A DNA stretch of 64,000 nt from the sequence record NC_050153.1, one strand, 5' to 3'. The notes below the pieces were generated by a model. The model was not told where the DNA came from, ran no database searches, and was given only the letters and a program-made list of their open reading frames with translations. This document shows, piece by piece, positions 1 through 10,000 of this stretch. Origin of the DNA: Escherichia phage vB_EcoM-Ro157c2YLVW. Position 1 is the stretch's first letter; each line of letters starts with the position of its first letter. The position numbers and the translations under genes are program-made.

Positions 1-125
1 TAAAGTTGTTTGGTGATCATGAAGTAGTTGGCAATAACGCCTGGTATATCCCTGGTGCTGATACAGATTGTGTGCTGTTCAATTGCCTCGCTCATCTCTT
101 CACGGGTGACTAATGACGTTCTCAT
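1..125 (-). CDS. Antirepressor-like protein, 5' end only (runs off window start); paralog of the 39863..40900 product
   Basis: Minus-strand translation from ATG at ~123-125 gives MRTSLVTREEMSEAIEQHTICISTRDIPGVIANYFMITKQL, which aligns with the N-terminus of the 345-aa antirepressor at 39863 (MKTPLVTRNEIAEAIALHTTCMPTREIPGAIANYFMITRRF). Start overlaps the stop of the upstream small ORF (ATGA). Confidence 0.6.
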   Translation of the reverse strand, partial: MRTSLVTREEMSEAIEQHTICISTRDIPGVIANYFMITKQL

Positions 126-343
126 AGCCCCTCCTGAGCAGAAGCGTTAACAGGGAGGCACCAGTAACTGAGAGAATTGCGCAAATCGGTAGAAAAGCGG
201 GCAGAGAAAATACAGGGAGCATCCGGAAGCTGAGAACGTGCCTCATCTTCTGTTGGTGCGATAACGAAGTGATAGTGACCTTTCTGGCAGGAGTAAAAGC
301 GCCAGATAAATTCAGGGCGTGCGCAAGGATTGGCATTAACCAT
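122..343 (-). CDS. icd: Icd-like small protein (73 aa), left copy, translationally coupled to ant-like gene
   Basis: 73-aa ORF about 85 percent identical to the 73-aa ORF at 39645..39866; stop overlaps the start of the downstream antirepressor-like gene, as for P1 icd-ant (from memory). Confidence 0.5.
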   Translation of the reverse strand: MVNANPCARPEFIWRFYSCQKGHYHFVIAPTEDEARSQLPDAPCIFSARFSTDLRNSLSYWCLPVNASAQEGL

Positions 344-394
344 AGTTACGGCCTCATGTACAGGTTTAACAACCTGCTACCCGCTGCTAAACGG

Positions 395-560
395 GTGGCA
401 GGACGTGACGGGGTTAGCAGACTGGCGTACATGAAACCAGCAGGCCGAAGCCTCCCCATCACGCCCCACCATAATTCGGGCGTAACGCGGTTTTACGGAC
501 ATAAAAATACCGCAATATCGGAAATCTGCGGTTGTCCGCATGTACATTCAGGCTGCTAAA
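395..560 (-). ncRNA. c4-like antisense RNA and leader region of the left immunity-I-like module (ends not defined)
   Basis: Non-coding leader nearly identical at DNA level to 39430..39644 in inverted orientation; contains one antisense site and two sense target sites that covary between the copies (cores near 357-360, 428-431, 541-544). Confidence 0.4.
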
Positions 561-643
561 CCCGGTCGCAGAATTTGCTACGACGGTGGAACTATAAGCC
601 TGAACGACGATGAGATCAATAGAGCCGTGTTCGATGGTAGGTT

Positions 644-677
644 ATTTGCTCTAATAAATCAAATTTATTAGAGCAAT
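644..677. promoter_or_regulatory. Palindromic pair of C1-repressor-operator-like sites upstream of the left immunity-I module
   Basis: atttgctctaataaatc followed by aaatttattagagcaat, the latter being the exact reverse complement of the P1 C1 operator consensus ATTGCTCTAATAAATTT (consensus recalled from memory). Confidence 0.6.
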
Positions 678-937
678 AACAATCTAGTTGAATGTTTCCT
701 CTCTGAGGTTGCAATGTGCACACTTAGTGTCTTATTTGTATGCACTAATAAATATATTATTTTTAATAATAAATAATTGACAACTGACAAGTGACTTCAG
801 TCAGAATCATCACACGCCCGGTACGGATGGATCCCTTTTCAAATATTCCATGGACGGCACAGTCTGAGTACCGGGCGCTACCTTCAGTTGTATTGCTAAG
901 CCGCCGCTGGTGGCTTTTCTTTTTTGTAGGGGGAGCT

Positions 938-1582
938 ATGGATAAGAAAATATGCGTTGTTTCGATGAGCGTCGGCAAACCGGCGTCAATGACTGCTGCA
1001 TGGATCAATAACGAGCTGATAATGGCTGAGCGGACCAGCTACCCTGAACGCCGCCGCGATATGGAACTCCAGCTGCTGCGCGAATTGCGAGAAAAAGAGG
1101 AGAAGGGTTTTATCGTGCTGGTGGAAGAGGAAAACAGCTTTATTACTGGTCGAGTTGGCCAGCGTGTAAGGTTGCGCGATCCCTTCATGAACGGCAGGCC
1201 GGTACTAATTGAGGCAATGCAGATTTATAAGGAGCTGGAACGCCAGAAAGCAATCAAGTTACCGCGCAAGGAATCCGGCAAATACATCCTCCACCAAAGC
1301 ATCTTCGATTCCGAACACGATAAAAAAGGCGATGAGTTTTTCAACATCAACTGGAGCGAAATAACGACAGAGCACGTTCTGACGTTGTTATGCTGCTTCG
1401 CAACGGAATACAACAACGTGGCAAGCGCAGACTTCATCAGGACAATGACAAACACCATTACTGAACAAGACAACAGATATTCACCATATGAACCATTTGT
1501 AAATATGATAAGAGCATTTTATCGGATGGAGCTCGCTAAAGTTCCTCAAGGTAAATTAACAGGTAAGGATAACATCTTTTAA
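938..1582 (+). CDS. Hypothetical protein (215 aa)
   Basis: ORF track 791..1582; start moved to internal ATG at 938 preceded by gggag; no recognisable motifs. Confidence 0.45.
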   Translation: MDKKICVVSMSVGKPASMTAAWINNELIMAERTSYPERRRDMELQLLRELREKEEKGFIVLVEEENSFITGRVGQRVRLRDPFMNGRPVLIEAMQIYKELERQKAIKLPRKESGKYILHQSIFDSEHDKKGDEFFNINWSEITTEHVLTLLCCFATEYNNVASADFIRTMTNTITEQDNRYSPYEPFVNMIRAFYRMELAKVPQGKLTGKDNIF

Positions 1583-1724
1583 GCATGGTAATGAGGTGCT
1601 TAGACGTTCATATCAATATCCTAACTCTCTGCATCTCATAAATCTGATAGCCACTTACTATCTATGGACTCAATCTCCACCAGAGGAATTGATGGAAAAA
1701 AATATCCCTGGGCACCCCATAGCC

Positions 1725-2324
1725 CTATCCCTTTTGATAGCTTATGACACTCAATGTTTTCAACACCTTCAGCGATGATATTCGGGCATAATTTTTTAAA
1801 TTACTAATAATGACATCAAAATGAGGATTAGTCCCATATTCTTGGAAAAAGGCCTTATCAAGTTTTATTGCATGGTATTTATTTTTAATTAATGTTTTCA
1901 TGGTGGTGTTGCCACTTCCAAAATCATCAAGCCAAACATAGTCTGTCAAAGTCAGGAGAAAGGGTATAACGTAATCCTCATCGCTTAAATCAGGGTAGTT
2001 TTCTGATATCTCAAGAGCTATAAATTTATTGTTTTTAATTAACTCTTGAGTTTGTTTATTACTGTATATATATATACATGTATCATAATCTACATTAATA
2101 GAACATAGTATATTATGGCGTTCAAAAAAACACTTGTATTTCATTATTGTGTTAAGTTGTGATTTAAGTAAATTAATCTTCATCTTATTGGTAAACATAC
2201 CCAATACTCTTTGAGTAGGAAGAGCGACACCATCTTTGGAGCGAAATCTGCTTAACACTTCTACTGCAATCAACTTGTTCGTGCTCGTAGAAATGATTGG
2301 TTCTGCAATGTAGATAACTTCCAT
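1725..2324 (-). CDS. Short EAL-domain-like protein (199 aa), probably non-catalytic
   Basis: Contains AVEVL (EAL-motif variant), LEISE, and WLDDFGSGNTT...IKLDKAFF matching the EAL-domain DDFGTG...KIDRSF core, but lacks the C-terminal EGVE/Q catalytic region; AT-rich relative to neighbours. Confidence 0.55.
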   Translation of the reverse strand: MEVIYIAEPIISTSTNKLIAVEVLSRFRSKDGVALPTQRVLGMFTNKMKINLLKSQLNTIMKYKCFFERHNILCSINVDYDTCIYIYSNKQTQELIKNNKFIALEISENYPDLSDEDYVIPFLLTLTDYVWLDDFGSGNTTMKTLIKNKYHAIKLDKAFFQEYGTNPHFDVIISNLKNYARISSLKVLKTLSVISYQKG

Positions 2325-2564
2325 ATCCCCACCCTCAAGTTTTAAATTGCTTGATTTTGCTCAGATAACGAGCCCCCTATATTTACAAGAGTTACACTCT
2401 ACTTTTGTAGATTAAATGTCAATTTATTTGTTTGTTTGTGATAATATTGAAAAACATCAATTAAAACAATCAAAAAATGTGACATAAATCAATAATTTTA
2501 TTTTTACACAACTTCTTGATTTCTGAGCCTGGCTATCTCTATTCTTATTCAAAGCCTCTTTAGA

Positions 2565-3299
2565 ATGGTGGTGGCCATGTCAGCAGTTTGTTACTTCATA
2601 CTCATAAAGAAACCTATAAGCTTTCAATTTCTTAAGGATTTCTTGATATTAAATTACGGTGATGTGTTGTTGCTTAAGCATTCTGAGCATGAATGCTTAA
2701 AAATGTATTCAGACAAATATATAGAATTCGAACTCAATGATAATACCGTAAGAAACTATTTATTATGCAGCAACAACCTTGGAAACCAATCGCTGGATAA
2801 GTGTCCACATTTGCTAAAAAAGTCTTTTGCCTATCCTGATTTATTAATCAGGATGATCGATAATATAAGCGACCAAAATCATATCCATTCTGATTTTAGG
2901 GAGGCAGTAACTTTTTCATTACTCTCAATTTTTAATGATGTTGATAACTTTAGAGCATTTCTTACGTCTGGTATGCCCACTTTCTCAGGGAAAGTGCGCA
3001 GCATATTTCTTTCAGATGTATCTAAACACTGGAAACTAAGAGACCTAACCGATTATCTCTACATGAGTGAAAGCTTAATAAAGAAAAAACTATTATTGGA
3101 AAACACCTCCTTCAGTAAGTTATTACTTGATACACGGATGGCTTTCGCTATTAAATTACTAAAGCAAAATCATTCAGTCAAACAAGTATCAGAAAGCTGT
3201 GGCTTTAGTAGTACATCGTACTTTGTGTGCCTGTTCAGGCAATATTATAATTGCACGCCACGTGAATATGCAAAACATCAGTTATTATCTGGAAAATAA
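2565..3299 (+). CDS. AraC/XylS-family transcriptional regulator (about 244 aa)
   Basis: C-terminal tandem helix-turn-helix signature typical of AraC family (…LTDYLYMSESLIKKKL…VKQVSESCGFSSTSYFVCLFRQYYNCTPREY); AT-rich gene. Confidence 0.7.
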   Translation: MVVAMSAVCYFILIKKPISFQFLKDFLILNYGDVLLLKHSEHECLKMYSDKYIEFELNDNTVRNYLLCSNNLGNQSLDKCPHLLKKSFAYPDLLIRMIDNISDQNHIHSDFREAVTFSLLSIFNDVDNFRAFLTSGMPTFSGKVRSIFLSDVSKHWKLRDLTDYLYMSESLIKKKLLLENTSFSKLLLDTRMAFAIKLLKQNHSVKQVSESCGFSSTSYFVCLFRQYYNCTPREYAKHQLLSGK

Positions 3300-3337
3300 G
3301 ATGCATTTATCTCCCAGATAATATTGTAATATTAAAC

Positions 3338-3586
3338 TCAGTCAGCATTTAGTAGCAGAGCATTATCTATGATGATCTGCTCCCATTCTTCGAATGCCCG
3401 ATCGCGGACGCCCTGGGGAACACTGTTAGTTTTGAAATCGACGACCGTACGCCATTTCCCGTCCGGACGGTACATGCGCAGAGCTTTACTTCCCCCTTCC
3501 CTGCGCACCTCAACGTTATGCTTGTCAGCAAACTCTTGTAATGCTCGTAGCGTCCCATGCTTTACTGTGTAGTATCGCTTTTTCAA
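3338..3586 (-). CDS. Small protein (82 aa), possibly Lxc/Bof-like C1 co-repressor by size and position
   Basis: 82-aa ORF overlapping the upstream ORF by 4 nt, last gene of the darB-strand operon; assignment to Lxc rests on recalled length and synteny only. Confidence 0.4.
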   Translation of the reverse strand: MKKRYYTVKHGTLRALQEFADKHNVEVRREGGSKALRMYRPDGKWRTVVDFKTNSVPQGVRDRAFEEWEQIIIDNALLLNAD

Positions 3587-4023
3587 GTTTTCTCTCCAGC
3601 CTGTGCCAAGGCTTCAACTTCCAAATCGTAAGACTCAAACTCATAGTCCTGGTCGTCAACTTCTTCAGGCACTGGCAGTAAATGCCAGGCTGAGTATATC
3701 TGACCATTATCAAAACGCTCCTGGCTGTAGAGCGTCGCGGCTATGAGTGTTAGCGCCGGGCGGTCATAACGGTAAATTTTGCGAACGTCACGGTCAACGA
3801 GACGACCGAAATTACCATAACCGCGCTCCAGTAATAATTTTTTAATTTCCGGCCAGTATGGGCCATAGCTGCGGTACAGACGGGGATTTTTCAGTAATCG
3901 CCCGCGTAGCCCTGACAGGAAGAAATCAACGTATTCGTCTTCTGTCTTTCCTAACAACGCTGTACGGAGTACCGCTTCAAGATATGTTTTATTCGGTTTT
4001 ATTGTATCAGATAGTGTGGCCAT
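3583..4023 (-). CDS. Hypothetical protein (146 aa), possibly Ulx-like
   Basis: ORF starting 34 nt downstream of the darB stop, same strand; no motif recognised. Confidence 0.4.
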   Translation of the reverse strand: MATLSDTIKPNKTYLEAVLRTALLGKTEDEYVDFFLSGLRGRLLKNPRLYRSYGPYWPEIKKLLLERGYGNFGRLVDRDVRKIYRYDRPALTLIAATLYSQERFDNGQIYSAWHLLPVPEEVDDQDYEFESYDLEVEALAQAGEKT

Positions 4024-4056
4024 ATTATGCGACGCCCGGCGAACCGGGCGCTCCTG

Positions 4057-7000
4057 TTATGCGTATTGTTGGATGACGGCCAGAACGTCCGCCACGTTGT
4101 GTTTTGTCTCGATAATCCACCAGTTACCCGGGAAATCGCTGTTCTTTGCCTTCGCTGGCAGCCAGCGAGCGCCGAATTTCGCCTTGATTGCGTCTTTCGC
4201 ACGGAAAAGAATGCCTTTCATGCCTGAGGCTTCCTGAAGCCCAAATACCTCGCCAGCGGCGAATTTTGGTGCGTACATCATCTTCAGGTCGGCGGTGGAT
4301 ACGCGATAATTCAGACCAAGAGACTGAGCTATGCTGGTGGCATCACCCTGTATTGATGATAACTCTTCTTGTTTCTCGTTTCTGGCGGCAATTTCTTCCT
4401 CCGTGATGTTGCCAAGGGCTAGGTTTATCCGATCAGCGTCGGCCTGTTTCTCTTCATCGGTGCGCCCGGCAAGAACCGTGTTAATTCTCTGCAATATCTC
4501 AACATGATTCTTGCGCATGCTGAGCATTTCCGGCGTAACCTCGTTAAGATCCACCAGCCCAAGGATGGCAAGGTCAGTAAACATTGATACCAGGTTGTAG
4601 GTCATGCGATAGCTGAGTTGGCCATAGGCTGATGGCAACTGCACCGCATCCATTTTATAGGCATCCATAAATTTAGAGCCGTCGTTTACGACATCCGCAA
4701 TTGCCGGTGTGATTTTTCCTGTGGTGGCGGCCTCCCTGATTGCTGTTACCCACGATTGAGTCAGCGCGGCGACTGCATGATTCAGATTGGCTTTTCGTTC
4801 TGCTGCAATGCGCGCACTTGCTGCGTCCATTGCCTGCTTGATCTCGTCTTTATTGCTGTAAATGCCAATGGTGCCAAACTGTGCTGTGGTGATCTCATAA
4901 TCTGACGCCCGGAACTCATTGGTACCGAAAATGGCATTGGTGACTTCAAGTTCAGAATCCCCGTTACGAGTAGCCCCCTGGCTTGTTTTTTCCGGCATTC
5001 TGGCGATCGCCTCCGCTATTTTCTCCTGAATTGCTTCAGGGGATAGCGTATCTCCGTATGACGCGATTACATCGCCATAATTGGAGCCAAACAATTCAAC
5101 CAGGAATGTTTCTGCCGAACGGATCTGGCGGTTATTCCCTTCCGACATCATACCAAGCACCCATTTTGCAATTGACGACTTCAGCGCGCCGTCACGGCGA
5201 TCCGGGTAAACCGCATGCTTCAGTGGGTCCGTATAGGTACCAACAAAATCAATGCTATAGCCTGACTCTGTAGTCTGAACGCCGTATGAGTCAGTGATTT
5301 TGATCATGCCGCGCTGCTGGAAACGGTAGAAATCGTCACAGGAAATGATGTCGTTAATCCCGGCGATGGAGACGCCACCACTGATTTTCTGCATAACAGC
5401 ATCTTCATCAGGAGTTACATCAACCTGTTTATCCAGCGTCTTCACATCCCAGTTACCCGATTTGGTGCCTTTGAAGGTAAAGATGATCTCCACGTCTGCG
5501 CGCTGGCTGTCGAAGTCCAGCGACTTAATGCGAACGATATCACCGGCACAATCGTAGTATTGGCCTACACGCCATGAGCGATCGCCGATAACAAGGAACT
5601 CACTCGCATGGTTAACCAGATCAGGATCAACATCCAGAATGCCTTTATTTATTGCATCCTCCACCAGCGGGCGCAGGCGTTTGATATCCGTCGCGGCCTT
5701 CTGAGTACGGTTCAATAATTTCTCATAGCGGGAGATGGCCTGAGAGATATTAGCCTTGCGCTGAATGGCGCTTTTCAACGACGCGCGATACTGTGCTAAC
5801 AACGTACGGTCTGTGTGATGGACGCTACCCCAGCGGGCTTTCCAGTCTGCGTTATCAGCTGCTTTGGCCATTACCGCCTGTTTGAATTTAGCTACCTCGG
5901 CGGTGGTCTTTTCAAGTTCCGCTTTGCTTCGCTCTAATTCAGCGGTAAGTACCTCCACATCCTCGCCTGCTGCGTGCTGCGCCTTGATGTAGTTCTGAAG
6001 GTCGATAGTAGCCTGTTCTTTCTGGCGAGCGCGTTGCGCGGCTTTCGCCTTATCCATTTGAACCTGCATCATTGCCAGACGTTCGCCATCATCCTTAGCG
6101 GTATACATCTGCATTTCGATCATATCGTTGGCGTCGGCGTTCTCCATTTCAGACTTATCTGAGCGGAGGATATCGGAGATCCAGCCTGCTTTACGCTTCA
6201 GCGTCTTCAGTCGGTATTCATCGAAAGAACCCTTGCCGCAGTAGTAGTGAACGCGAACGCTTGCACGGTTGGAACCAACTCGGGCACCGCGACCGTTACG
6301 CTGTGCGATACTGGCTGGTGTCCATGGCAACGTCAGATGATGGATGTCAGTCGTTCCTCGATGCAGGTTGATACCCACCTCTGCCTTTTTGGTGCAGATG
6401 ATGATCGGAGTCCGGCCCTCCTGGAAGTCGGCAGCAATCTTTTCCAGCCCGCCCAGCGACATTTCATTTTGCTGCGCGATATAGGCGTCATACAGAGCCA
6501 TTTGCTCGTTGTATTTCGCTATCTGTGCATCTGTTGGTTCATCCGGTAGCTCTTTCGGCGGTTTAACCGCTTTCAGTTTCTTACCGGTTTTACCTGCCTC
6601 GGCAACCGTCTGAGCATTCAGGATCCCCACCTTTGAAGGTTCAAGGTTAAGAGCATTGCAGATAATGCGCTTGAGCTTCTGGTGTTGCGTTTTTTCATCG
6701 GTGAAGATGATTTGCTTCCCTTCCGGGAAAAACTCCTTCAGCGTGGCAATCAGCTTCGCGTATTTGGGCGTAACGGGGTGAGTTACGGTCTGTTCGTCAA
6801 TGCCAAACCTGGCCAGGCGCTTATTCACTTCCTGCTCAAATGCTTCCGGTACCTGCAACTGAATAAACTCGCCCTTATCTATCAGGGAGTATTGCGATTG
6901 CTGCGTGATAGAATCATCACTGTCGTCGTCTTCGCTGGTGGCTTGTTTAGGCAAACTGTCCGCCAGCTGCTGCACCGCATCGGCGTACTCCGGCAGGAAA

Positions 7001-10000
7001 CGATAGGTGATCCGGCGATAGTACAGGTCCATGTCAGTACATACGCGGTCCATATCCCTGATTATTGAGAAGATCGGACGGGCTTTCTCGTGCTCAATCA
7101 CGCCGTCTTCATTGACCGAGGACGTTACGCCATTGTTGGCTTTGGCTGCCGCTTCCGCCTGCTGACGCAATTCTTCATACGCCGCCAGTTGTTCTTCAGT
7201 AAGTGGTGCATCCTGCTGGTGTTCGTCCAGCTCCGGGATCTCCACGGTATCCTTAACGTCTTCCGCCGTTTTAAGCGTTACCCAGCGATGGAATATACCG
7301 CGCAGCGCATCAAGGTTTTCAAAGCCCACCAGCGCCATTTTTTCTTCAACTTCACCGCTGATTTTCTGTACCGTTTCCAGCCTGGTCTTGCCGAAGAATT
7401 TAACGAAGTCATCAGGACCGTAGATCCCCATCTTCTGCCAGTATTCCTTCGGCAGAACATGAGAGAGCATGTTGTATGCATCGATCGGGGTGTTAACGAC
7501 TGGCGTTGCAGTCAGGAGAACCGGTCCGCGCCCGCCATTCTTTTTCATCAGGTACGCGTTTTTGATTGCCATATCCCGCGCCGATTGCGCCACCGCGCTG
7601 GTGGGCAGATAGGCCAGTTGTGACGCTTCGCGACCATTTTTATAGCTATTGCGGTAGTTGTGACCTTCGTCGGCGATCACACTATCGAAGCCCATATCCT
7701 CAAAGTACGGATACTTCTCTGCTTTTTCGGTACCGGTATCTGAATACTCCGACAATACCCAGCGACGCGCCGCCTCTTTACGATGGGAGTCGGAATCCAT
7801 TGCGCTGGCTACGCGCCCGGCGGCAACGAAGTCATAAAGCATGTCTTGTGCATGCTCATCTACGGTGTCATCACGTAGCGGAATGCGGGCGTATTGTTCT
7901 TTGGTAAACACGACTGCACGGTAATTTGAGTGCGGGATCGCGTTCATCCGCGCCGTGATAGTGGCTTCATCTGCCAGCTTAAGAGCATCGCGCATAACTG
8001 GAGTGCCATCAGTACCAAGAACAGGTTTACCGTTCTCATCGAGCACCGGCACCTGGCGAATCTGATCACCATCCATCAGCACATCAAGACCGACGAACAG
8101 GTAGTTACTGAATGCCTCTTCACTCAGGAACTCTTTTGCTTCGTAATACCAGTTTTCCAGCACTGATTTAGGCACTACATAAGCAGTACGGGTGGAGCGA
8201 CCGTTCTCATAGTTGAACGCCTCAAGCGCCAGCGCGGTCGTGGTTTTACCCAGCCCGGTGCCGAAGCCCAGGATGCCGCGCCCATCTTCGGACAGTCGGC
8301 GCACCTCGCTATTCTGGTAATCAAATGGCTGGCGCTTACCGCTTAATCCCTTCAACCCAAGCGGATCGCCAGAGTGTTCATACGGGATATTGCTATTGAA
8401 CACATCGTTGTATTTGGCAACCAGCTCATCGTAGCGATCGTGCGTCTTGATCCACTTATTGAACTGGTCCTCAAGCAGTGCCATCTGCTCGCGGTAGCCG
8501 TTCGCCGTCGCGCTATCTTTGCCACCGATACGCGCACCATTGAGATACTTTTCCAGCTGTGCCGGGAACCCGGTCGCGTTTTCACCTGATTTACGGTCCC
8601 ACTCGTAGCGGATCTCGCCTGTTTCTTTATCCTTGCGCTGGACGACACCGTATCGGTGCCCGACGAACAGACCATCACCACCGTGATAGGTGTCAGAAAC
8701 CATTTCGTCGCCTTCCAGCTGCACTGACTGCACATAGCGCAGATCCGGATAGCCGTTTTCCTGCAAAAACTCCAGAATGACGGAGCGGTCGAACCAACGG
8801 CTATTGAGCTTAAAGCGGATATTCTCTGCTGGCGTCTTGATGCGCTTCTCTTCGATCGCTGCCAGCTGATTAAGGACGTTGTTCTTTACTGGACCGTCGG
8901 GGAGCGTGGCGAGGAATTCCTGTTTTGGAGCCACTATCTCGTTAATGTCGCCGCTGGTGGCGCGGGCGAACGGAACAATCCCGCCATACGGTGAAACCGC
9001 AATGCCAGGGGTGCTGGCCAATAAATTAAGCAACTCATCATCACTGGCTGGCAGTTCGCCGGTAAACGCAAGGCGGAAATCATCGAGCTGGATTGGATCG
9101 CGAGTGAGATCACTGTAGAGATAACGCAGGGTGTCCTGATAGCTGGTGGAGTCATAACTGGCGCTGGAATCATGCGTAACCAGTTTTCCTGTCAGCTCGT
9201 CAGAAATAGTGCCATCCAGCTTAATTGCACCACGGAAAGCAAACCAGGCGCGCGCACCGCTCCCCGATAATTTCGCTATCGGACCGCGACCGGGGTTACC
9301 AAAACGGTCAATCTCTGCCTGCAAACGGGATACCAGAGAAAGGCGCTGCTGTTCGATTTGTTCAGCACTATGCCCGGCGGCCTTCATGTCCTGATATTCA
9401 ATTAACATCCGGCCAATCATCGCCCCGCGATACAAGCGTTCACGGTATTTTTCAGGCTGGCTGTTAATCCAGTCCACCAGCTGCACCATATCGTCGCTGA
9501 TTGATGTGGTGTACTTATCGCGGACATTTGCCATCTGGGTAAATGTCATGCCGAGACGGCCTTCTGTTGTAGTCAGGTTACGCTGAAGAGCCTCCCAGCT
9601 ATCCGCGCCATAACTGGCAGCATCGATCTTAAGTTCCTTCCCGGCATCAGCTTCAATCCAGCGACCACCAGCATATTTTTGCCATACGCCATTAATCAGG
9701 CGCATTTCCCCTTCACCAACAACGTCTGCGGTCGGTGACGGTTCAGCCATATCGAGCAAAGACCAGTCGATACGGCTTTCGAAACGATGAATCAGCTTCG
9801 CTTTAAGAGCCTGGTTATCAATCTGACCGTCGGCACGAACCTCAATACGCCCCCGGAAGCCCTTTTCTTGGGTGCCATGAACAAACCGGCGGCCATCCTT
9901 TTCAAACCACTTGCCAGAAATAAACGTTGGCCAAAGCACATTTGCTGATTCAAGAGTGCTTTCATCCACCAGGGGGATTTTCTCAGCCATCTCTGCCGGA

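Larger units (their letters stand above)
1..615. repeat. Left arm of a roughly 0.6 kb inverted repeat (immunity-I-like module); partner at 39375..39990
   Basis: Reverse complement of 340-600 matches 39400-39660 with only a few substitutions; similarity decays inside the ant coding region and upstream of about 615 / 39375. Confidence 0.8.

Noticed and set aside
100-336. Alternative 78-aa frame overlapping the icd-like ORF (also 39652..39888 on the right)
   Set aside because: The 73-aa frame is preferred because its stop codon overlaps the ant start codon in both copies; the 78-aa frame would run into the ant coding region.
269-559. Plus-strand ORF of 96 aa, and its counterpart 39429..39758 on the minus strand, conserved between both inverted repeat arms
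   Set aside because: They lie antisense to the c4-like leader; conservation is explained by the RNA element and the covarying sites. No ribosome-binding site; reading frame likely fortuitous.
1596-1778. 60-aa plus-strand ORF between the hypothetical gene and the EAL-like gene
   Set aside because: Overlaps the 3' end of the EAL-like gene on the opposite strand; no ribosome-binding site.
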